Positions 11,303 to 22,006 of a stretch of 64,000 bases of DNA are shown here, piece after piece. The DNA is taken from NCBI GenBank assembly GCA_963828255.1, contig CAWHDZ010000018.1, positions 1 through 64,000 on the forward strand, given 5' to 3'. Within the stretch, counting starts at the first letter, position 1, and every line of letters starts with the position of its first letter. Source of the DNA: an uncultured delta proteobacterium (GTDB lineage Bacteria > Myxococcota > Myxococcia > Myxococcales > Anaeromyxobacteraceae). The notes beneath the pieces were generated by a model, which saw only the letters and a list, made by a program, of their open reading frames with translations, ran no database searches and was not told where the DNA came from. The position numbers and the translations under genes were made by a program.

Positions 11303-11370
11303 GGCGGATCGCCTTCGTTCCGGGAGAGCGTCTGCCGCCGACGCCTGGGCGTCCTACTGGAACGAAGGCG
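11303..11370. repeat. Short hairpin copy of the 5222-5812 element end (REP/MITE-like; may act as clpA terminator)
   Basis: GGCGGATCGCCTTCGTTCCG at 11303-11322 is identical to 5219-5238 and is closed by GGAACGAAGGCG at 11359-11370. Confidence 0.8.
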
Positions 11371-11416
11371 TCGCGCGGCCGGATGCACCCCGCGGGCCAC
11401 GTGATAAGACGGCGCC

Positions 11417-13998
11417 GTGCTCGTACTGCCCGTCGACGCCATCGTCCCCGACGTCGTGGCCGCCCTGCGCCGGGGCCGGTCGGTCGTGGTCGAGGCCCCA
11501 CCCGGCGCCGGCAAGACCACCCGGATCCCCCCGCCCTGCTCCGGGCCGGCCTGGCCGGGGACGGGGAGGTCGTCGTCCTCGAGCCGAGGCGGCTGGCGGC
11601 CCGCATGGCGGCCCGGCGCGTGGCCGAGGAGCTGGGGGAACGGCCGGGCGAGACGGTGGGCTGGCAGGTCCGCTTCGAGGAGGTGGCCGGTCCACGGACC
11701 CGGCTGCGCTTCGTCACCGAGGGGCTGCTCACCCGGCGGCTGGTCTCCGATCCCGGGCTGCCGGGAGTGGGCGTGGTCGTCCTCGACGAGTTCCACGAGC
11801 GCCACCTCCAGGGCGACCTGGCGCTCGCGCTGCTCCGCCGCCTCCAGGAGACGACGCGCCCCGATCTGAAGCTGGTCGCGATGTCGGCCACGCTGGACGC
11901 CGCGCCGGTGGCCCGCTTCCTGGACGCCCCGTCGGTTCGCTCCGAGGGCCGGCTCTTCGAGGTGGCCATCGAGCACCTCTCCCCCGCCGACGCCGCCCGC
12001 GACGATCGTCTCGAGGACCGGGTGGCGTCCACCGTCCGGCGCGTCGTCACCGAGACCCCGGCGGGAGACCTGCTGGTCTTCCTCCCCGGGATGGCCGAGA
12101 TCCGCCGGGCCGCGCAGGCCTGCGCCTCCTTCGCGGCGCGCCTGGGGCTCGACGTGCTTCCGCTCCACGGCGACCTGTCGCCCGAGGAGCAGGACCGGGC
12201 CGTGCGCCCGGGTACCCGCCGCAAGGTGGTCCTCTCCACCAACGTGGCGGAGAGCTCGGTCACCATCGACGGGGTGACGGTGGTCGTGGACTCGGGGCTG
12301 GCCCGGGTGGCCTCCCACTCACCCTGGTCGGGGCTGCCGCGCCTGGAGGTCCGCCGCGTGTCGCGGGCCTCGGCGACCCAGCGGGCCGGACGCGCCGGGC
12401 GCACCGCGCCGGGGCGCTGCCTCCGCCTCTACACCCGCCACGACTTCGACACCCGGCCCGAGTTCGACGTCCCGGAGATCCTGCGGGAGGACCTCTCCGA
12501 GACGTTGCTGTCCGTGGCCTCGATGGGCGGCCCGGAACTCCGCTGGCTCGACGCGCCACCCGCCGCCGCCGCTGCCGCCGCCCGGCAGCTCCTCCTCGAC
12601 CTCGGCGCGCTCGATGCCGCCGGGGCCATCACCCCGGGTGGACGTCGCCTCCTGCGCTTCCCGCTCCACCCCCGGCTGGCCCGGCTGGTGGTGGAGGCCG
12701 ACGACCGGGGGGCCGGGCCGGCCGGCGCGCTGCTGGCGGCGCTGCTGGCCGAGCGGGACGTGCGCGAGCGCGCCCCGGACAGGGGGCGCGGCACGCCGCC
12801 CACCGGCTCCTCCGACCTGCTCGAGACGGCCCACCTCTTCGAGCAGGCAGCCCGCTCCCGATTCGACCCGGACCGGCTGCGGTCGCTCGGGCTCTCCCCC
12901 GGCGCGGTCCAGGCGGTGGAGCGGAGCCGCCGGCAGGTCACGCAACTCCTCGGGCGCGGCCCCGCGCGCCGGCCGGCCACCGCCGAGGACTCGGAGGAGG
13001 CGCTGCTCCTCGCCACGCTGGCAGCCTACCCGGACCGGGTGGCGCGGCGTCGGGCTCCGGGGAGCCCCGAGGTGGTCCTATCCGGGGGAGGTTCGGCCCG
13101 GCTCGACGAGGGAAGCGTGGTGCGCGACGCGCCGCTGCTCGTGGCGGTGGACGCCGACGAGCGGCGCGACCGGCGCGGTCCGGGGCCGGCCCCGGCCGCC
13201 GGGCGCGGAGGACAGGTGCTCGTGCGCGTCGCCTCCGCGGCCACGCCCGAGATGATCCTGGAGCTCTTCCCGGACGCGCTGCGCTGGGAGGAGGAGCTCA
13301 CCTGGAACACCGAGGCCAGCCGGGTGGATGCCTTCGAGCGGATGCGCTACCGGGACCTGGTCCTCGAGGAGTCGCGCAAGCCGGCGCCCGACCCGGAGCG
13401 GGTGGCGGCGCTGCTCGCCGAGGCCGCCCTCTCCCGCGGGGCGCGCAGCTTCGCCGGGGACGGCGAGGTGGACCTGCTGCTCGCACGCGTCGCCTTCGCC
13501 GCCCGGGCCGCTCCGGAGAGCGGGATCGTCCCGCTCGGCGAGGAGGACGTGGCGGCCGCCCTCCGGGAGGCCTGCGCGGGGCGCCGCAGCTTCGCCGAGC
13601 TCCGGGAGGCTGGCCTCGTCCAGGCGCTCCTGGGAAGGCTCCCCGCCGACGGCCGCTCCTGGCTGGAGCGGCTCGCCCCGGAGCGGGTCACGCTCGGGAA
13701 CGGACGGGGAGTGAAGGTGAACTACGAGGCCGGCGACAAGCCCCCCTGGGTGGAGAGCCGGCTGCAGGACTTCTTCGGATCGGTGCGGGGACCGGCGGTC
13801 GGCGCGGGGCGCGTGCCGCTCGTGCTGCACCTTCTCGCCCCCAACATGCGCGCGGTGCAGGTGACCACCGACCTGGCCGGCTTCTGGGAGCGCCACTACC
13901 CGGCCTTGCGGCGCGAGCTGATGCGGCGCTATCCGCGCCACGCCTGGCCGGAGGACCCGCGGACGGCCCTTCCGCCGGAGCCGCGCGGGCGGCGGTGA
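11417..13998 (+). CDS. hrpB: ATP-dependent RNA helicase HrpB, frameshifted near 11530 (probable sequencing error)
   Basis: APPGAGKTTRIP is in one frame; LEPRRLAAR, DEFHER, MSATL, QRAGRAGR and the C-terminal QVTTDLAGFW...YPRHAWPEDP are in the next. Adding one C to the C-run at ~11527-11532 restores the frame. Confidence 0.9.
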
Positions 13999-14004
13999 CG
14001 GCTG

Positions 14005-14676
14005 CTACCCCACCAGCGCCCGGACCGCCCCGGCCGCCACCGCGAAGTGCAGGCCGGCCGCCGCCACGACCAGCGCGTGGAAGATCTCGTGGTAGCCGAA
14101 GACCCGCGGGAACGGGTCGGGGCGGCGGGTGGCGTAGATGACCGCCCCCACGCTGTAGAGCATCCCGCCCGCCGCGAGCAGGAGGAGCGGCCCGGCCCCG
14201 AGCGCCCGGTACATGGCCGGGACGAGCGGGACCGCCGCCCACCCGACCAGGAGGTAGAGCCCGGTCGCCAGGGCGCGGGGGGCCGTGGGCCAGATGAGCG
14301 CCCGCAGGATGCCGAGCCCGGCGCCGGCCCACACCACGGCGAGCATGGTGTGCGCCCGGGCGTCGCCGATGAGCAGGCAGATGGGCGTGAAGGTGCCGGC
14401 GATGAGCAGGAAGATGGCCGAGTGGTCCAGCCGTCGCATCCAGAGGTGCGCCCGGGGACTCCACGTGGGGCGGTGGTAGAGGGCGCTCACCGAGAAGAGC
14501 CCCACCAGGCTGATGCCGTACACGAGCGCGCCCACCCGGGCCCGCGGCCCGGGGGCGAGCAGGACCAGCGCCACGAGCCCGGCCAGCGAGACGCCGGCGG
14601 CGATCTCGTGGGAGACCCCGCGCAGGAGCGGCTTCACACGCGGAGCGGGCGTGCCGGGTGCGGCGGCGGTCGGCAT
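14005..14676 (-). CDS. Hemolysin III / PAQR family membrane protein
   Basis: KPLLRGVSH, SALYH, RRLDHSAIFLLIAGTFTP, FGYHEIFH; about 7 TM segments. Confidence 0.92.
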   Translation of the reverse strand: MPTAAAPGTPAPRVKPLLRGVSHEIAAGVSLAGLVALVLLAPGPRARVGALVYGISLVGLFSVSALYHRPTWSPRAHLWMRRLDHSAIFLLIAGTFTPICLLIGDARAHTMLAVVWAGAGLGILRALIWPTAPRALATGLYLLVGWAAVPLVPAMYRALGAGPLLLLAAGGMLYSVGAVIYATRRPDPFPRVFGYHEIFHALVVAAAGLHFAVAAGAVRALVG

Positions 14677-14724
14677 CCTCGGAACCTAACCAGCGCGCGT
14701 CACCCGCGTGTCACGGCGGGCCGG

Positions 14725-15242
14725 TCACTTCGCGGGGAGCTTCAGCCCCATGCCGATCATGGCGAGCAGCGCCTCGGCGTTGGCCTTGGCGTCGTTCACC
14801 GGATGGTGGTCGGAGACGGTCTTCCGGAGGTGCTTCCAGGTGGCGTAGCCGTCCTTCACCATCCCGCAGTAGAGGTCGCCGATGCGCCGCCCCGACCAGC
14901 CGAAGGGGTTGCGCCCCAGGAAGGTGTGGAAGTACCAGTTCACGTACTGCCAGTCGAAGGCCAGGTTGTCGGAGGCGAAGACCGGCTTGCCCTTCGAGTT
15001 CTCCACCACCCAGGTCTCGAAGCGGGCCATGACCTCGCGGGGATCGTCGAAGGCCTCGTGCTCGGGGCGCCCGAAGCCGCTCACCGCCAGCGCCTCGGGG
15101 AGCCACTCCTTCGCGATGGTCGGGTCCGTCCGTAGAAGGTCCGGGAGAGCGTGGGCTCGACCACCACCGCCCCCAGGCAGACCATGGAGTACTTGCCCGG
15201 GATGGGGCCGTCGGCCTCGACGTCGACGACGATCAGGGACAC
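14725..15242 (-). CDS. DEDD-type 3'-5' exonuclease, frameshifted near 15120
   Basis: From GTG 15242: VSLIVVDVEADGPIPGKYSMVCLGAV...TFYGRTRP. After a 1-nt shift: IAKEWLPEAL...SDNLAFDW...RRIGDLY...HHPVNDAKANA. Confidence 0.8.
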
Positions 15243-16667
15243 CTAGCCCCCCTCGGCGCGGGCGCAATCCCGGAGTTCCCGCCAGAGGGCCTCGACGTGG
15301 CGCCGCTCGGTGGCCTCGGCGCCGATCGACACCCGCAGGGTCTGCTGCCCCTTCAGCACGCTCGGGGTCAGGTAGGCGCGCCCCCCTTCATTCACCCTCC
15401 GTGCAATGGCCAGGTTGTGGGCGGCCAGCCGCACCTCGTCGGCGGCCGCCGACGGGACGTGACGGAGCGTGACGGTCTGCAGCGGAACCGGCGCCAGCCG
15501 CTCCCAGCCCGGGGTCTCGTCCACCCGATCGGCCAGCCAGTGGGCGTTCTCCACGTCGCGGCGGACGCGGGCCCGGATCCCGTCGACGCCCACGTCGAGG
15601 ACGTGGAACCAGAGCTTGAGGGCCCGGAACCGGCGCCCCAGCGGGATTCCCCAGTCGCGCAGGTTCCGCACCTCCCCGTCCTGCGCCGTGCGCAGGTAGC
15701 TGGGATTGGTGGACATGACCCGCACCAGGTGCTGCGGGTCGCGCACGAAGTAGGCCGAGAGGTCGAAGCCCGGCCCCATCCACTTGTGCGGGTTCATCAC
15801 CACCGAGTCGGCCTCCTCCACCCCGCGCCACATCCAGCGGTACTCCGGCTCGACCATGGCCGTGCCGGCCAGCGCGGCGTCCACGTGCAGCCAGAGGCCG
15901 TGGCGCCTTGCCACCCCGGCGATGCCGGCCACCGGGTCGAGCGCCGTGGTCCCTGTGGTCCCGGTGGTGGCGACCACCGCGCAGGGGCGAAGGCCCGCGG
16001 CACGGTCGGCCTCGATGGCCTCGGCCAGCGCGTCGATGCGCATGGCGTGGGCCCGGTCGGTGGCCACGAGCCGCAGGTGCCTCTTGCCGAAGCCGGCCAG
16101 CAGCACGTCCTTCTCGATGGAGCTGTGGGCCTGGTCGGAGGCGTAGACCACCATGGGCGGCTCGCCGGCCTGCAGCCCCTCCCGGTTCTGGGAGAAGTTG
16201 CTGGTGCGCTCCCGGGCGCAGAGGAGCGCGGTGAGCGTGGAGGTGGAGGCGGTGTCGTGAATGACGCCGGTGAAGGTGACGGGCAGCCCCACCATCTGGC
16301 GGAGCCAGTCCATCACCACCTCCTCCACCTCGGTGGCCGCAGGCGAGGTCTGCCAGCTCATGCCCTGGGCTCCCAGGCCGGCGCAGACCAGGTCGGCCAG
16401 GATGGAGGCGTGGCTGGTGTTGGAGGGGAAGTAGGCGAAGAACGAGGGGTGGTTCCAGTGGGTGATCCCGGGCATCACCACCGCGTCGAGCGCGTCGATG
16501 GCGTCGCGGATGCGCCCTCCCTCGGCGGGAGGCGAGGCGGGAAGGCGGGAGCGGACCTCCCCTGGGCGTACCCGGCTCATCACCGGGAGGCTCTCCAGCC
16601 TGCCGCGGTGGTCGGCAACCCAGTCGACCAGCTCGTGCCCCAGCTTGCGGAAGGTCTCGGAGTCCAT
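15243..16667 (-). CDS. PLP-dependent group II (aromatic-L-amino-acid type) decarboxylase
   Basis: MPGITHWNHPSFFAYFP, SPAATEVE, SDQAHSSIEK, LHVDAA, NPHKW, GRRFRALKLW. Confidence 0.92.
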   Translation of the reverse strand: MDSETFRKLGHELVDWVADHRGRLESLPVMSRVRPGEVRSRLPASPPAEGGRIRDAIDALDAVVMPGITHWNHPSFFAYFPSNTSHASILADLVCAGLGAQGMSWQTSPAATEVEEVVMDWLRQMVGLPVTFTGVIHDTASTSTLTALLCARERTSNFSQNREGLQAGEPPMVVYASDQAHSSIEKDVLLAGFGKRHLRLVATDRAHAMRIDALAEAIEADRAAGLRPCAVVATTGTTGTTALDPVAGIAGVARRHGLWLHVDAALAGTAMVEPEYRWMWRGVEEADSVVMNPHKWMGPGFDLSAYFVRDPQHLVRVMSTNPSYLRTAQDGEVRNLRDWGIPLGRRFRALKLWFHVLDVGVDGIRARVRRDVENAHWLADRVDETPGWERLAPVPLQTVTLRHVPSAAADEVRLAAHNLAIARRVNEGGRAYLTPSVLKGQQTLRVSIGAEATERRHVEALWRELRDCARAEGG

Positions 16668-16674
16668 GGAGCCC

Positions 16675-17916
16675 TCAAACGTCGAGCATGAGCCGGCTGG
16701 GCTCCTCGATGAGATCCTTCACCTTGACCAGGAAGCCCACCGCCTCGCGGCCGTCGATGATGCGGTGGTCGTAGGAGAGGGCCAGGTACATCATGGGGCG
16801 GACCACCACCGTGTCGTCGGGCCCCACCACCGGCTTCTTCTGGATCTTGTGGAGGCCGAGGATGCCGCTCTGCGGGGTGTTGAGGATGGGCGTGGAGAGC
16901 ATGGATCCATAGATGCCGCCGTTGGAGATGGTGAAGGTCCCCCCCGACAGGTCCTCCATGGTGATGCGGTTCTCCCGTGCCCGCCTGGCGAGCTCGACGA
17001 TGGAGAGCTCGATCTGGGCCAGCGAGAGCTGGTCGGCGTCGCGGATGACCGGGACCACGAGCCCCTTGCCGCCCCCCACCGCCACGCCCACGTCGTAGTG
17101 GTCCTTGAAGAGGACCGCGTCGCCGCGGACCTCGGCGTTCACCGACGGGAAGGTGGTCAGCGCCTCGACCGCGGCCTTCACGAAGAATCCCATGAAGCCC
17201 AGCTTGATGCCGTGCTTCTCCTGGAAGGCGGCGCCGTAGCGTTCGCGGAGCTCCATCACCCGCGACATGTCCACCTCGTTGAAGGTGGTGAGGATGGCGG
17301 CGCTCTCCTGGGCCTCGAGCAGCCGCCGGGCCACGGTGCGCCGGAGCGGCGACATGGGGACGAGCCGTTCGCGGTCCCGGGGCGGCGGGAAATCGACCGG
17401 CGCGAGCGCCGCCTTCCCCGAGGCCGCGCCCTCGAGCAGGCGCAGGAGGTCCCCCTTCCCGAGCCCCTTCTCGGCGAGCAGCTTGCGGGCGGCCGGGGTG
17501 AGGCGCACGTCGCCGGCCGGCGGGCGGGGCGCGGCGGGGGCGAGCGGCGCCGCGGCCCTGGGTGGCGGGGGCGGCGCAGCAGGCGGGGGCGGCGCGGCCG
17601 CCCTGGAAGCCCCCTTCGGCGCCTCCTTCGCCGGTGACGTCGGAGTCGCGGGCGTCGCCGCGGAGACGACCGCGACCGCGCCCTCCTCGATCTCGCCGAG
17701 GGGCTGCCCCACGGCCACGGTCTCCCCGGTCTGGCGGAGCACCCGTCGCAGCACGCCCGTGGCGGGGGAGGGAACGGCCACGGTGGCCTTCTCGCTCTCC
17801 ACCTCGACCACCGGCTCGTCGCGGACGACGGCGTCCCCTTCCTTCTTCATCCACTGCCCGACCTGCGCCTGCGTGACGCTCTCGCCCAGCGACGGGACCT
17901 TCAGCTCGACGGCCAT
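16675..17916 (-). CDS. sucB: 2-oxoglutarate dehydrogenase E2 (dihydrolipoyl succinyltransferase)
   Basis: Lipoyl domain (VESEKAT), [30 protein letters not shown]. Confidence 0.95.
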   Translation of the reverse strand: MAVELKVPSLGESVTQAQVGQWMKKEGDAVVRDEPVVEVESEKATVAVPSPATGVLRRVLRQTGETVAVGQPLGEIEEGAVAVVSAATPATPTSPAKEAPKGASRAAAPPPPAAPPPPPRAAAPLAPAAPRPPAGDVRLTPAARKLLAEKGLGKGDLLRLLEGAASGKAALAPVDFPPPRDRERLVPMSPLRRTVARRLLEAQESAAILTTFNEVDMSRVMELRERYGAAFQEKHGIKLGFMGFFVKAAVEALTTFPSVNAEVRGDAVLFKDHYDVGVAVGGGKGLVVPVIRDADQLSLAQIELSIVELARRARENRITMEDLSGGTFTISNGGIYGSMLSTPILNTPQSGILGLHKIQKKPVVGPDDTVVVRPMMYLALSYDHRIIDGREAVGFLVKVKDLIEEPSRLMLDV

Positions 17917-17943
17917 GGATTCACATCCCTCCCGGTAGACGGA

Positions 17944-20715
17944 TCATCCCAGCGCCTCCTCCACGAGGGCCTGCTGGACGAGCTTGTGGCGCGTCGCCGA
18001 GCCCGACGCCGGGCTCGGGCTGGGGAAGCGGGCCACCACCGACGTGCGGGCGTCGAAGCCTGCCACCGCATCTCCCAGCGCGTCGCGGATGTAGGGCCAC
18101 GCCCCCATGTTCCGCGGCTCCTCCTGCACCCAGAGCACCTCGGCCGTGGCCGGGTACGGCGCCAGCGCGGCCTGGAGCTCGGCCACCCGAAGCGGGTAGA
18201 GCTGCTCCACGCGCACGATGGCCACGTCCGCCTTCCTGCGAGCGGCGCGCCCCTCGACGAGGTCGTAGTAGACCTTTCCCGAGCAGAGGAGCACCCGCCG
18301 GACCGCCGCGGGATCGGCCACGGCCGCGTCGGGCAGGACGGCGTGGAACTGGCCGGAGACGAGCTCCTCGACGGACGAGACGGCGGCCGGGTTCCGCAGC
18401 AGGCTCTTCGGCGACATGACGATGAGCGGCTTGCGGAAGGGGGAGAGCACCTGGCGGCGGAGGGCGTGGAAGATCTGGGCCGGCGTGGTGAGGTTCACCA
18501 CCCTCCAGTTGTCCTCCACCGAGAGCTCGAGGAAGCGCTCCAGCCGGGCGCTGGAGTGCTCGGGCCCCTGCCCCTCCATCCCGTGGGGGAGGAGCATCAC
18601 CAGTCCCGAGAGCCGGTTCCACTTCACCTCGGAGGAGGAGAGGAACTGGTCGATGAGCACCTGTGCGCCGTTCACGAAATCCCCGAACTGCGCCTCCCAG
18701 ATCACCAGCGACTCGGGCTGCTCCAGGCTGTAGCCGTACTCGAACCCGAGCGCGGCGGCCTCGGAGAGCAGGCTGTCGAAGATGGAGACCTTCCCCTGCC
18801 CCTCGCGCAGGTGGCCGAGCGCCATGTACGGGGCGCCGTTCCTGTGGTCGTGGATCACGGCGTGCCGGTGGCTGAAGGTGCCGCGCTGGACGTCCTGCCC
18901 CACCAGGCGGACCGCGTGCCCGTCCCAGGCCACGGTCCCGTAGGCCAGGAGCTCCGCGAAGCCCCAGTCGAGCGGGCGCTTGCCGCGGGCCATCTCGGCG
19001 CGCGCCTCGAAGAGCTTGGCGACCTTTGGGTTCGGGTCGAACCCCGTGGGGATCTCGGTGAGGTGGCGGGCCACGTGGCCGAGCCGGTCGGGTGCCACCG
19101 CCGTCACCGCCTCGTCGGCGCTCCCGAGCGGCCCTCCCCGGTAGGCGCTCCAGACGCCCTCGGTCGCCGCCGGCGCGGGGACCGCGGCCACGGCGGCCGA
19201 TGCCAGGTAGGCCTCCTCGAGCCGGGCCTGGTAGGAGCGGGTCATGCCCGACACCTGCTCCTCGGTGGCGGCGCCCTCCCGCTGCAGCTCGGCGGCGAAG
19301 GCGCGCGGGAAAGGGGTCTTGGCCGCGATGGCCCGGTACATGACGGGCTGGGTGAAGGTGGGCTCGTCCCCCTCGTTGTGGCCGTACTTGCGGTATCCCC
19401 AGACGTCCAGGACCACGTCCCTGTGCCAGCGCTGGCGGAAGTCGGCGGCGAGCAGCACCGCCTGCGCGACCGCCTCGAGGTCCTCTCCGTTCACGTGGAT
19501 GACCGGGATGTCGAGCATGAGCGCCACGTCGGTGGCGTAGACGGTGGAGCGGGAATCCTTGGGCGAGGTGGTGAAGCCGATCTGGTTGTTCACCACCACG
19601 TGGATGGTCCCGCCGCAGCGGTAGGCCGGCAGCCCCGACATGTTGAAGGTCTCGGCCACGATGCCCTGACCGGCGAAGGCGGCGTCGCCGTGGATGAGCA
19701 CCGGGATGGAGCGCTGCCCCTCGGCGTCGCTGAAGCGGTCCTGCTTGGCCCGCACCCTCCCCTGCACCACCGGGTCGATCCACTCCAGGTGACTGGGGTT
19801 GAAGGACAGGGAGAGGCGCAGCCCTCCGTCGGCGGTGTCGCGGGTGCTGGAGTAGCCCAGGTGGTACTTCACGTCGCCGCCGAAGGCGCCGCTGATGATG
19901 GTCTGGTCGCGGAACTCGGCGAAGATCTCCTTGAGCGGCTTGCCCAGCACGTTGGCGAGCACGTTGAGCCGCCCGCGGTGGGCCATGCCGATCACCACGT
20001 TGCGCACGCCGTACCCCACCGCCCGGTCGAGGAGCAGCTCGAGGAGCGGGATGAGGACCTCGGACCCCTCCAGCGAGAAGCGCTTCGCTCCCAGGAAGCG
20101 GGTGCCCAGGAACTGCTCGAACATCCCCGCCTGGACGAGCTTCTCGAGCAGCCGCCGCTTGACCTCCGGCGTCAGCGTGAGCCGGTTGTGCGTGCGCTCC
20201 ATCCGCTGCTCGAGCCAGCCCCGCAGCTCCCGGTCGTGGATGTGGCCGAGCTGGACGCCCAGCGTCCGTCCGTAGGTCTCCTGGAGCCGCCCCAGGAGCT
20301 CGCGCAGCGTCTCGGGCCTGCCTCCGTGCGTGCCGGCCGGCCGGTCGAGGTCGGCCTCGGAGAGCTCGAACTCGGCCAGGTCGAGCCGCTCGGCGCGGCG
20401 CCGCTCCAGTCCGAGGGGGTCGAGGTCGGACTGCATGTGGCCGAAGGTCCGCCAGGCCCGGGTGAGCCGGTCCACGCGGAGCCGGAAGGCCTCCCGGTCG
20501 TCGGCGCGGGCGCCGTTCCCCTCGCGCGGGGTCCGGGCGGGCCATGCGGAGGGGGCCGGCGCGGCGTCGGGCACCGCTGGAAGGGCCTCGAAATAGGCGC
20601 GCCAGGCCTCGTCCACGGAGGCGGGGTCTTCAAGCCAGGCGAAGTAGAGGTCCTCGACGAACCCCAGGTTCGAGGCGCTCGGCGCGTCGGGCGGCGCGTC
20701 GCTCGGAATGGGCAT
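17944..20715 (-). CDS. sucA: 2-oxoglutarate dehydrogenase E1
   Basis: KRFSLEG, GMAHRGRLNVL, GDVKYHLG, HGDAAFAGQG, WEAQFGDF, GQGPEHSSARLERFL. Confidence 0.96.
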   Translation of the reverse strand: MPIPSDAPPDAPSASNLGFVEDLYFAWLEDPASVDEAWRAYFEALPAVPDAAPAPSAWPARTPREGNGARADDREAFRLRVDRLTRAWRTFGHMQSDLDPLGLERRRAERLDLAEFELSEADLDRPAGTHGGRPETLRELLGRLQETYGRTLGVQLGHIHDRELRGWLEQRMERTHNRLTLTPEVKRRLLEKLVQAGMFEQFLGTRFLGAKRFSLEGSEVLIPLLELLLDRAVGYGVRNVVIGMAHRGRLNVLANVLGKPLKEIFAEFRDQTIISGAFGGDVKYHLGYSSTRDTADGGLRLSLSFNPSHLEWIDPVVQGRVRAKQDRFSDAEGQRSIPVLIHGDAAFAGQGIVAETFNMSGLPAYRCGGTIHVVVNNQIGFTTSPKDSRSTVYATDVALMLDIPVIHVNGEDLEAVAQAVLLAADFRQRWHRDVVLDVWGYRKYGHNEGDEPTFTQPVMYRAIAAKTPFPRAFAAELQREGAATEEQVSGMTRSYQARLEEAYLASAAVAAVPAPAATEGVWSAYRGGPLGSADEAVTAVAPDRLGHVARHLTEIPTGFDPNPKVAKLFEARAEMARGKRPLDWGFAELLAYGTVAWDGHAVRLVGQDVQRGTFSHRHAVIHDHRNGAPYMALGHLREGQGKVSIFDSLLSEAAALGFEYGYSLEQPESLVIWEAQFGDFVNGAQVLIDQFLSSSEVKWNRLSGLVMLLPHGMEGQGPEHSSARLERFLELSVEDNWRVVNLTTPAQIFHALRRQVLSPFRKPLIVMSPKSLLRNPAAVSSVEELVSGQFHAVLPDAAVADPAAVRRVLLCSGKVYYDLVEGRAARRKADVAIVRVEQLYPLRVAELQAALAPYPATAEVLWVQEEPRNMGAWPYIRDALGDAVAGFDARTSVVARFPSPSPASGSATRHKLVQQALVEEALG

Positions 20716-20816
20716 GTCCGGCCATCATAACGACTGGCCGGTGAGAAACCGCTCCGGAAGCGCCGACCCAGGAGGATACCCGGGGGCTCGTGCGGGGCGT
20801 GTCTCCCCGCCGGGGG

Positions 20817-21203
20817 TCACGGCCTCGAGGGCGCCGGGGCTCCGGCCGCGCCGGGGGGGCCGGCATGGCGCCCCACCACCTCGAGCAGCTCGTCGAGGTC
20901 GAAGGGCTTGGAGAGGTACGCGTCGGCCGCCGGCAGGGTGCTCGCGCGGGGCATGGCCGCGGTCATGATGGCCACCGGGACCCCCTCGGCGATGCGCTCG
21001 CTGCGGAGCCGCTCGAGCAGCTGGGGCCCGTTCATGACCGGCATGACCAGGTCGAGGACCATGAGGGAGGGGCGGCTCCGGCGCAGGTAGGAGAGCGCCT
21101 CCTCGCCATTCACCGCGATGTCGACGGCGTAGCCCTCGAATCCAAGGAAGTCGGCGATCCCCTGGCGGATGCCGGGGTCGTCCTCTACGACGAGGATGGC
21201 CAT
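20817..21203 (-). CDS. Single-domain response regulator
   Basis: MAILVVEDD, LDLVMPVMNG, YLSKPFDL. Start ATG 21203. Confidence 0.9.
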   Translation of the reverse strand: MAILVVEDDPGIRQGIADFLGFEGYAVDIAVNGEEALSYLRRSRPSLMVLDLVMPVMNGPQLLERLRSERIAEGVPVAIMTAAMPRASTLPAADAYLSKPFDLDELLEVVGRHAGPPGAAGAPAPSRP

Positions 21204-21955
21204 GCGGGGTAGATAACGGCTGGACGCCGGAGGCGCCACGCCCCCCAGGCCAGGAGCACGATCGACCCGTACTGGGCTGGCGTCAGCCCGGCGTAGCGGG
21301 CGTCGGCGTAGGCCACGTCCGTGGCCCGGAGGAAGTCGAGGAGGAAGCGCGCCGCCCCGTAGAGGACGGCGAGCAGGCCGAGCAGGCGCCCCTCGAGCCG
21401 CCTCCGGGCCCAGAGGCGCCAGAGCAGGCCTGCGATGGCGAAGAGGACGATCGCCTCGTAGAGGCCGAGGTCGTGGCGCGCGCCGCCGGGGAAGGCCACC
21501 GCGAGCGGGAAGCCGGTCAGGCGCCCCGGGTGGTCGTGGACGAGGAAGCAGCCGATGCGGGCGATGGCCCATCCGGTGGGGATCCCCACCGCGAAGGCGT
21601 CCCCGTAGCGGGAGAGCGGGATGCCGCGGATCCGGAAGAAGAGGACCGCCGCGAGGATCCCCCCGAGCAGCCCGCCGAACGAGGAAAGGCCGTCCCAGAA
21701 CTCGAGCACGCGGCGCGCGCTGCGGATCTCCTCCGGGTGGTAGAGGCCAACGTGAACCAGGTGCCCCACGGCGACGCCGGCCAGCACGCCCCAGATGGCG
21801 AAGTCGAGGATCGGGCGGGGGTCGAGACCGCGCCGGCGCGCCGCCCAGGCGATGGAGCGCACCCCGGTGGCGACGCCGAGGGCCGCGAGGATGCCGAAGA
21901 CCTGGAGGGTGACGGGCCCGAGGTGGAGGGCCGGCGGCTCGAACCAGGGGATCAA
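21185..21955 (-). CDS. Prolipoprotein diacylglyceryl transferase (Lgt) family protein, divergent
   Basis: Multi-TM protein with GLSSFGG, ARIGCFL, LYEA, YGAARFLLDFLR and LTPAQY motifs. Confidence 0.8.
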   Translation of the reverse strand: MIPWFEPPALHLGPVTLQVFGILAALGVATGVRSIAWAARRRGLDPRPILDFAIWGVLAGVAVGHLVHVGLYHPEEIRSARRVLEFWDGLSSFGGLLGGILAAVLFFRIRGIPLSRYGDAFAVGIPTGWAIARIGCFLVHDHPGRLTGFPLAVAFPGGARHDLGLYEAIVLFAIAGLLWRLWARRRLEGRLLGLLAVLYGAARFLLDFLRATDVAYADARYAGLTPAQYGSIVLLAWGAWRLRRPAVIYPAWPSSS

Positions 21956-22006
21956 CGGGGAGTCGAGCGGGATCAGGCGGGCCGTGGGGCCAGCCCGGCG
22001 CGCCGG

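Noticed and set aside
11527..11535. Programmed ribosomal frameshift in hrpB
   Set aside because: No canonical slippery heptamer, and the same error type appears in two unrelated genes.
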